From: Proteobacteria bacterium UBA4457
GTDB lineage: Bacteria > Pseudomonadota > Gammaproteobacteria > Ga0077536
Direction: 5' to 3'
Assembly (NCBI GenBank): GCA_002390205.1
Contig: DGOV01000094.1
Coordinates: forward strand, 2,251 to 66,250
Length of the DNA stretch: 64,000 bases
The notes beneath the pieces are model-generated. The model was not told where the DNA came from and ran no database searches. It saw nothing but the letters and a program-made list of their open reading frames with translations. This document shows, piece by piece, positions 58,205-64,000 of the stretch; position 1 is the first letter of the stretch; each line of letters opens with the position of its first letter. Position numbers and translations under genes: made by a program.

Positions 58205-59707
58205 ATGAATTTATATACTCCGTTAGAAGTGCTTATCGTCTTCGCTTCCGTTATCGTTTTTTCAATGCTATTGAAGTTCTCCATTTCCAAAATACGCAGA
58301 TCTGGAGGTCGGAAGTCTAAAACTATAGATCGCAAGAACGTAAAACGTAGGAAGAGAGCCACGAAGGTAAAAAAAGAGACTCCTGTTAATCAATCCTCAA
58401 AAAAACAAACTCCAAAAAAAGATTCTGTGACCAGCAGTTCGGTCAAGGCAATAAATAGTGATGCCGTAACAGATATAAGATTTGATAGTTTAGGTCTTCA
58501 GGAGATATTACTGGAAGGTGTGAAGGACGCTGGGTTTGAGTTCTGCACCCCGATCCAGGCGAAATCTTTGCCAGCTTTGTTACTAGGTCGAGATGTTGCT
58601 GGGCAAGCTCAAACAGGAACGGGTAAGACTGCGGCGTACCTCTTGGCTACGATGAACACTATCTTGTTGGGGGATGAGCGAGTTGAATGGGCTATTGGTG
58701 GCTTTGCCCCGCGCGGTATAATACTGGCACCTACCAGAGAATTAGCGATTCAAATTCATCAAGATGCTCTGACTTTAGGCCGGCATAGCGGACTTAGTCT
58801 GGGTTTGATATACGGAGGAGTCGATTATGATAAGCAGCGCAAGATATTGGAAGGCGGTGTAGACATTATTATAGGTACTCCAGGGCGAATCATTGACTTC
58901 TTTAAACAAGAAGTCTTTTCTTTAGATAAGATTCAGGCTCTCGTTCTCGATGAAGCTGACCGTATGTTCGACCTTGGCTTCATCAAGGACATTCGATTCT
59001 TGCTTCGCCGGATGCCGCAGCCTGAAAAGCGACTAAACATGCTGTATTCTGCGACACTATCTCACCGAGTAAACGAACTGGGTTACGAGTATATGAATAC
59101 TCCAGAGCTAGTTGAAGTTTTAGCGCTGGCCCCGACTGCAGATAAGGTTACACAGCTGCTCTATCACGTTAGTTCTGATGAAAAAATCCGATTGCTTATA
59201 GGGCTTTTCAGGCAACATGAGCCAAAGAGAGCTATAGTTTTCGCCAATACGAAGCGAGTAGTAGCGCTGGTGGTGTCGTACTTGAACAGTAATGGTTACC
59301 GAGCTAGAGCTTTATCGGGAGATGTAGAACAGTCTAAGCGTCAGCGTTTGATAGGTGATTTTAAATCTGGGGCTGTATCTATAGTCGTAGCGACTGATGT
59401 CGCTGCTAGAGGTCTGCATATTCCAGATGTGAGTCACGTTTTTAACTTTGACCTACCTCACAACTGTGAAGATTATGTCCACCGGATTGGTCGGACCGCG
59501 AGAGCCGGAGAGAGCGGAGAGGCGATTAGTTTTGCTTGTGAGGAATATGTTTTTTCACTAGAAAGCATCGAGTCTTACGTCGAGAACAAAATACCAGTGG
59601 ATCCTGTCACAGAAAATTTGTTACCAAAAGTTACCAAACCACCATACGACGAAACTAGAGCGTCAAGCGATCGTAGGAAACCGAGAAGAAGAAGCCCTGG
59701 AACCTAG
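58205..59707 (+). CDS. rhlB: DEAD-box ATP-dependent RNA helicase RhlB, with about 90-aa N-terminal extension (start uncertain)
   Basis: It has the Q-motif region, AQTGTGKT, PTRELA, DEAD, SAT and HRIGRTAR motifs. It is divergent from trxA-rho as E. coli rhlB is. An in-frame GTG near 58425 is an alternative start. Confidence 0.9.
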   Translation: MNLYTPLEVLIVFASVIVFSMLLKFSISKIRRSGGRKSKTIDRKNVKRRKRATKVKKETPVNQSSKKQTPKKDSVTSSSVKAINSDAVTDIRFDSLGLQEILLEGVKDAGFEFCTPIQAKSLPALLLGRDVAGQAQTGTGKTAAYLLATMNTILLGDERVEWAIGGFAPRGIILAPTRELAIQIHQDALTLGRHSGLSLGLIYGGVDYDKQRKILEGGVDIIIGTPGRIIDFFKQEVFSLDKIQALVLDEADRMFDLGFIKDIRFLLRRMPQPEKRLNMLYSATLSHRVNELGYEYMNTPELVEVLALAPTADKVTQLLYHVSSDEKIRLLIGLFRQHEPKRAIVFANTKRVVALVVSYLNSNGYRARALSGDVEQSKRQRLIGDFKSGAVSIVVATDVAARGLHIPDVSHVFNFDLPHNCEDYVHRIGRTARAGESGEAISFACEEYVFSLESIESYVENKIPVDPVTENLLPKVTKPPYDETRASSDRRKPRRRSPGT

Positions 59708-59784
59708 GGTACAGGCGAAACCGATATTTGCATGCTAAAAGCCTCATTTCCTATTAATATAGCTGTAATCTTGGAGTTCCTGTC

Positions 59785-59913
59785 ATGAAAAAAAAACTAA
59801 CGATAAAACATAGACTATTGCCATTCATGCTTATCATCAGTTGTCTTAGCTTTGGTTGCGGGCAGAAAGGTGAATTATTTATTCCGGACTCTGCTGTCCA
59901 GCAACCTAAATAG
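59785..59913 (+). CDS. lptM: LptM (YifL)-like small lipoprotein; absent from the ORF track (42 aa)
   Basis: It reads MKKKLTIKHRLLPFMLIISCLSFGCGQKGELFIPD, with a lipobox-like FGC followed by the family-typical GQKG.L..P. It lies immediately upstream of lysA. Confidence 0.6.
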   Translation: MKKKLTIKHRLLPFMLIISCLSFGCGQKGELFIPDSAVQQPK

Positions 59914-59922
59914 ATTTACCTT

Positions 59923-61194
59923 ATGCGCAAATCCGAAATTTTTAATTACCAGGATGGCAAGCTGCATGCCGAGTCAGCTGATCTAGATACTATCGCGCGA
60001 CAAGTTGGTACCCCATGTTATGTCTATTCCAGGGCGGCGATTGAAGCAGCTTGGTTAGAATACGACGATGCCTTCAGCGACCGAAGGCATGAAGTGTTTT
60101 ACGCTGTTAAAGCGAACGATAACCTATCCATTATCAAAACGTTGCATTTGCTAGGTTCTAGCTTCGATGTGGTTTCTATTGGCGAGCTACTAAGAGTTCT
60201 AGAGGTTGGGGTGGACGCAAGTCGTGTGGTTTTCTCAGGTGTGGGGAAAAGTGTCCAGGAAATTTCAAGAGCTATTAAACTCGATGTCGGGACTATAAAT
60301 ATTGAGTCTTTGGAAGAATTTAAGAGAATTGAAGCTGTTACCAATGAACTCAGAATGTCGGTAAACGTAGCCGTTAGAGTTAACCCCGATGTTGATCCCA
60401 AAACACATCCATATATTTCTACGGGTCTTAAAAACAACAAGTTTGGAGTACCTATCGAGGATGCTCTTGAGCTATATAAGTGCATTGCGACGTCTCGCTG
60501 GATAACCGCCACAGGTATTGCATGTCATATAGGATCTCAGATAGTGGACGTCGAGCCAATATTAGAGGCAGTAAAACAGATAGTTTTGCTGGCGTCAGGA
60601 CTTGATGCATTAGGTATAAAAATCAAAACAATTGATGTGGGTGGTGGACTAGGCATCAGTTATAAGGACGAACAACCTCCGAAGATCCGTAGTTTTGTGT
60701 CAGCTTTGCTGGGGGCAGTCCCTGCTAACTTTAAGATCGCATTAGAACCCGGAAGATCCATAGTTGGGCATACTGGCATTCTTTTGACGAGAGTAGAGTT
60801 GGTAAAACAGACGGCATATAGTCGTTTCGTTATTGTAGATGCCGCGATGAACGATCTTCTGAGACCTTCGCTTTATAGTGCTTGGCATGACATAGTGACC
60901 TGTGATGAAAAATCCCCAGCTGAGATAGAGGCTGCAGCTTTATGTGATGTGGTCGGACCCGTATGCGAGACTGGTGATACATTGGCAACAGGACGAAAAT
61001 TAAGTGTCCTCGAGGGAGATTTAATCGGGGTATTGGATGCAGGAGCATATGGTGCTGTGATGGGTTCAAACTATAATGCTAGACTTAAATGTGCTGAGGT
61101 GTTGGTTCAGAACGATTCCTTTAAAATAATTAAAGCTAGGCAGAGCTTTGAAGATATGGTGAAAATAGAACAAGAATACCTGATATCCGAATAG
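59923..61194 (+). CDS. lysA: Diaminopimelate decarboxylase
   Basis: It has the PLP Lys context FYAVKAN, HIGSQ, GGGLGI, the EPGR motif, and CE.GD. The length is 423 aa. Confidence 0.95.
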   Translation: MRKSEIFNYQDGKLHAESADLDTIARQVGTPCYVYSRAAIEAAWLEYDDAFSDRRHEVFYAVKANDNLSIIKTLHLLGSSFDVVSIGELLRVLEVGVDASRVVFSGVGKSVQEISRAIKLDVGTINIESLEEFKRIEAVTNELRMSVNVAVRVNPDVDPKTHPYISTGLKNNKFGVPIEDALELYKCIATSRWITATGIACHIGSQIVDVEPILEAVKQIVLLASGLDALGIKIKTIDVGGGLGISYKDEQPPKIRSFVSALLGAVPANFKIALEPGRSIVGHTGILLTRVELVKQTAYSRFVIVDAAMNDLLRPSLYSAWHDIVTCDEKSPAEIEAAALCDVVGPVCETGDTLATGRKLSVLEGDLIGVLDAGAYGAVMGSNYNARLKCAEVLVQNDSFKIIKARQSFEDMVKIEQEYLISE

Positions 61195-61197
61195 GTG

Positions 61198-61246
61198 TGC
61201 ACCTTAATAGAGCGCGAGAGTCTTTGATGCGCTCTATTAAGGTGCA
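61198..61246. promoter_or_regulatory. 18-bp perfect inverted repeat with TGCACC...GGTGCA outer ends: candidate NtrC enhancer and/or lysA terminator hairpin
   Basis: The arms are TGCACCTTAATAGAGCGC (61198-61215) and GCGCTCTATTAAGGTGCA (61229-61246) with a 13-nt loop. It lies about 50-100 bp upstream of the sigma-54 promoter. No U-tract follows. Confidence 0.5.
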
Positions 61247-61294
61247 AAAAATATTACACAATTCCCATCCCGCGCTCGCATCGCGATTAAATGC

Positions 61295-61310
61295 TGGCAT
61301 AATTTTTGCA
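61295..61310 (+). promoter_or_regulatory. Sigma-54 (-24/-12) promoter, glnAp2-type
   Basis: It reads TGGCAT-aattt-TTGCA, matching TGGCAC-N5-TTGCA with exact spacing. It lies 90 nt upstream of the glnA ATG. Confidence 0.75.
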
Positions 61311-61399
61311 TGTTTATAAATATTGCGAGTTAATAGATGAAATCAGTTTTGTGCGATGTAGATTAAAAACATTAATGTAGTAAGTTGGAGAAAAATAAA

Positions 61400-62827
61400 A
61401 TGTCAGTAGAGAGTGTCCTGAAAACGTTGAGAGATGAGGATTATCGTTTCGTCGATATCCGATTTACAGATACAAAAGGTAAAGAGCAGCATGTCACTGT
61501 ACCCACGCATGAGGTGGACGAGGACTTTTTTAAATCTGGAAAGATGTTTGATGGCTCGTCTATTGCCGGTTGGAAAGACATCAATGAGTCAGACATGATT
61601 CTGATGCCAGATCCTTCGACCGGGGTGCTTGACCCTTTTTTTGAGGAGAAAACCTACAATATCCGATGCGATGTAGTTGAGCCTTCAACTGGAGAGGGTT
61701 ACGACCGTTGCCCGAGGTCAATCGCGAAAAGAGCCGAGGAGTATCTAAACTCGTCAGGTATCGGAGATACCGCGTATTTTGGTCCCGAACCTGAATTTTT
61801 TATCTTTGACGACGTGAAATGGACGAACGAGATGAAAGGCTCAGGATTTTGCATCGATTCTGACGAAGCTGGTTGGAATTCTAACAAATCATTTGAGGAT
61901 GGTAATACAGGACATCGTCCTGGCGTCAAAGGAGGCTACTTTCCAGTTCCTCCAGTTGACTCCCTTCATGATATGAGATCTACAATGTGCTCCGTGATGG
62001 AAGAAATGGGCGTGGAGGTTGAAGTACATCACCATGAGGTCGCCACAGCGGGGCAATGTGAGATAGGCACTAAATTTGATACGCTTGTGAAACGAGCCGA
62101 TGCAAATCAAATATTTAAATATTGTGTTCACAATGTAGCCCACGGCTACGGGAAAACCGCGACTTTTATGCCCAAGCCACTAGTTGGTGATAATGGGAGT
62201 GGCATGCACGTGCATCAATCTATAAGTAAGGACGGAAAAAATCTATTTGCGGGAGATGGATACGGCAACCTGTCTGAGACAGCATTATATTATATTGGTG
62301 GCATTATAAAACATGCGCGTGCCATTAACGCTTTCACCAACGCAAGCACGAATAGCTACAAGAGACTAGTTCCTGGATTCGAGGCACCAACTTTCCTAGC
62401 ATATTCTGCGCGAAACAGGTCGGCCGCGGTTAGGATACCTTGGGTTGATAGCGAGAGAGCTAGAAGAATTGAAGTCAGATTTCCTGATTCCGCTGGCAAC
62501 CCATACTTCGCGTTTACAGCTTTGCTGATGGCTGGTCTTGATGGTATAAAGAATAAAATACATCCTGGTGAGCCTCAGGATAAAGATTTGTACGCTGTTG
62601 AGACGAATGAATTGACCGGTCTGCCCATCAACGATGAAATTCCGACAGTTTGTTTTTCCTTACACGAGGCTTTAGTTGCTCTAGATGGTGACCGAGACTT
62701 TTTAAAGGCCGGAAACGTCTTTTCTGATGCTGCAATTGATGCTTATATTTCATTGAAAATGGAGGAGGTAACGACTATGAGAATGTCGACCCATCCTGCA
62801 GAATTCGCGATGTACTATAGTCTTTAA
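61400..62827 (+). CDS. glnA: Glutamine synthetase type I
   Basis: [31 protein letters not shown] parallels the E. coli GlnA N-terminus. It has the adenylylation-loop region and NPY motifs. I prefer the ATG at 61400 to the listed TTG at 61385. Confidence 0.97.
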   Translation: MSVESVLKTLRDEDYRFVDIRFTDTKGKEQHVTVPTHEVDEDFFKSGKMFDGSSIAGWKDINESDMILMPDPSTGVLDPFFEEKTYNIRCDVVEPSTGEGYDRCPRSIAKRAEEYLNSSGIGDTAYFGPEPEFFIFDDVKWTNEMKGSGFCIDSDEAGWNSNKSFEDGNTGHRPGVKGGYFPVPPVDSLHDMRSTMCSVMEEMGVEVEVHHHEVATAGQCEIGTKFDTLVKRADANQIFKYCVHNVAHGYGKTATFMPKPLVGDNGSGMHVHQSISKDGKNLFAGDGYGNLSETALYYIGGIIKHARAINAFTNASTNSYKRLVPGFEAPTFLAYSARNRSAAVRIPWVDSERARRIEVRFPDSAGNPYFAFTALLMAGLDGIKNKIHPGEPQDKDLYAVETNELTGLPINDEIPTVCFSLHEALVALDGDRDFLKAGNVFSDAAIDAYISLKMEEVTTMRMSTHPAEFAMYYSL

Positions 62828-62849
62828 AATCTATAACTCCGAAAGTTGA

Positions 62850-62880
62850 AAGCCCCCCTAGTTGGGGGCTTCTTTATTAT
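62850..62880 (+). terminator. Rho-independent terminator of glnA
   Basis: It has an 8-bp stem (AAGCCCCC / GGGGGCTT), a 6-nt loop, and CTTTATTATT following. Confidence 0.8.
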
Positions 62881-63010
62881 TGAGTGTATATTTCTTACTT
62901 GGTCTGATTCTTGCTTGTATATCTAGTAAGGCTTTATTTAAGATAGAGGCGGAAAATGCCGGGGAATAAAGGGAATGTTGTGAAGAAGTGCTGGACTTTT
63001 CTGGTTTCTA

Positions 63011-63027
63011 TGCACCAAAATAGTGCG
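63011..63027. promoter_or_regulatory. Possible NtrC-type operator (TGCACCAAAATAGTGCG)
   Basis: The GCAC-N7-GTGC core fits the TGCACC-N5-GGTGCA consensus at 13/17 constrained-plus-free positions. It ends 3 nt before the ntrB ATG. Confidence 0.3.
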
Positions 63028-63029
63028 AA

Positions 63030-64000
63030 ATGACGAAAGTAGTCAATAAAGAGTCCGTACAGACACTCGACCTTCTCAATGCACTCTCGACTTCTGTGGT
63101 GCTGGTGGATAGATCTCTACGGATTGTCTTGGTGAATGCCGCTGCTCAGGCATTATTGTCTATGAGCGAAATGAAGCTGAAAGGACGTTTGCTTGCTGAA
63201 TGCTTTCCTGCTCTACCGACACTTCATAAGGCATCGCTCCGCGCGCTGACTGAAGAAAAGTCATTTGTTGAAAGAGATCTAAGATTCAGTTTTCCCGATC
63301 GAGAAAAATTGTTTGTAGACTGTAATTTTGCTCCTATTTGGCATAGTGAATCAGAGCCGTCATTCGTGCTGTTAGAGATTTTTAATTTCGCGCGACTAAA
63401 GAGCATTCGCCATGATGGTGACTTGTTACAGCAAAATAATGCGGCTAGCGCGTTATTACAAGGCCTAGCCCATGAAGTAAAAAACCCTCTAGGCGGTATC
63501 CGAGGTGCAGCGCAATTGCTGGAGAAAGAACTAGCGGACAAGAGCCTTGCGGAGTACACCCAAGTCATTATTGGAGAGGCCGACAGGCTTCGTGGCTTAG
63601 TTGATAGAATCAGGGAGCCTCTAGTTATCTTAGAGATAACGAAGGTTAACGTCCATGAGGTGTTAGAGCATGTCCGACTTATCGTCACCACAGAGCATGG
63701 TGAGGATATATCAATTCAAGACGATTATGATCCAAGCATACCGGATTTGAGTGCTGATAGAGATAAATTGATCCAAGCTTTTATGAATTTGATGAGGAAT
63801 GCTGCCCAAGCACTCAGTTCAGAAGGAGGCACAATTACTTTGCGAACGCGCGTACAAGGAAAGTTTACTATTGGCTCTGTGTTACATCGATTAGTGCTTG
63901 CGGTCCAAATTATCGACGACGGGCCTGGAATCGATCCTCAACTGCGGTCTAGTATATTTTACCCTCTGGTATCGGGTCGCGCTGAGGGTACCGGATTAGG
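63030..64000 (+). CDS. glnL: Nitrogen regulation sensor histidine kinase NtrB (GlnL); 3' end beyond window
   Basis: I translated it by hand: MTKVVNKESVQTLDLLNALSTSVVLVD... (PAS), then the H-box GLAHEVKNPLGGIRGAAQLL and the N-box region LIQAFMNLMRNA. The frame is open to the window end. The listed minus-strand ORF 63224-63691 is its antisense shadow. Confidence 0.9.
   Translation, partial: MTKVVNKESVQTLDLLNALSTSVVLVDRSLRIVLVNAAAQALLSMSEMKLKGRLLAECFPALPTLHKASLRALTEEKSFVERDLRFSFPDREKLFVDCNFAPIWHSESEPSFVLLEIFNFARLKSIRHDGDLLQQNNAASALLQGLAHEVKNPLGGIRGAAQLLEKELADKSLAEYTQVIIGEADRLRGLVDRIREPLVILEITKVNVHEVLEHVRLIVTTEHGEDISIQDDYDPSIPDLSADRDKLIQAFMNLMRNAAQALSSEGGTITLRTRVQGKFTIGSVLHRLVLAVQIIDDGPGIDPQLRSSIFYPLVSGRAEGTGL

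Noticed and set aside
63224-63691. 155-aa minus-strand ORF in the track
   Set aside because: It lies entirely antisense to the ntrB (glnL) reading frame, which has unmistakable H-box and N-box motifs. The ORF has Ser/Leu/Arg-rich shadow-frame composition.

Overview
This is a 64 kb chromosomal window from a moderately AT-rich Gammaproteobacterium. The taxon is inferred from E. coli-like synteny: rpsU-yqeY-dnaG-rpoD opposite tsaD, plsY/folB-folK, uppP, cca, rho-trxA/rhlB, lptM-lysA and glnA-ntrB. It divides into three parts. (1) 1-13.1 kb holds an RND efflux pair convergent with a MATE pump, several hydrolase and oxidoreductase genes, and gltA-maoC. (2) About 13.1-38.1 kb is an accessory-looking mosaic. 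It opens with a full-length P4-type integrase whose active site looks degenerate, followed by an unannotated Cys-rich secreted ORF. It continues with single genes and short operons for redox, detoxification and catabolic enzymes (ChaC, LysR, isochorismatase/AhpD-like/ABM, SDRs, AlkB+TetR, M19 dipeptidase, D-aminoacylase, GSTs, a tungsten-type aldehyde:ferredoxin oxidoreductase, LLM, ACAD-like, rhodanese) and a BacNaV-type channel. It ends at a tRNA(CAU). (3) 38-64 kb is conserved housekeeping core. I found no CRISPR array, no IS or transposase, no rRNA, and no gene set I can recognise as a known defence, toxin-antitoxin or secretion system. I cannot point to a convincing novel multi-gene system. 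The best leads are local oddities: the catalytically dead-looking integrase and its downstream ORF with an apparent non-AUG start; a structured G+C-rich intergenic element upstream of the orphan AOR gene; a strongly signalled 29-codon micro-ORF beside alkB; a BacNaV homologue with a TLSSWEQ filter and no C-terminal coiled coil; and an RhlB helicase with a predicted N-terminal membrane anchor. All functional calls rest on motif and family recognition by eye, with no database search run.
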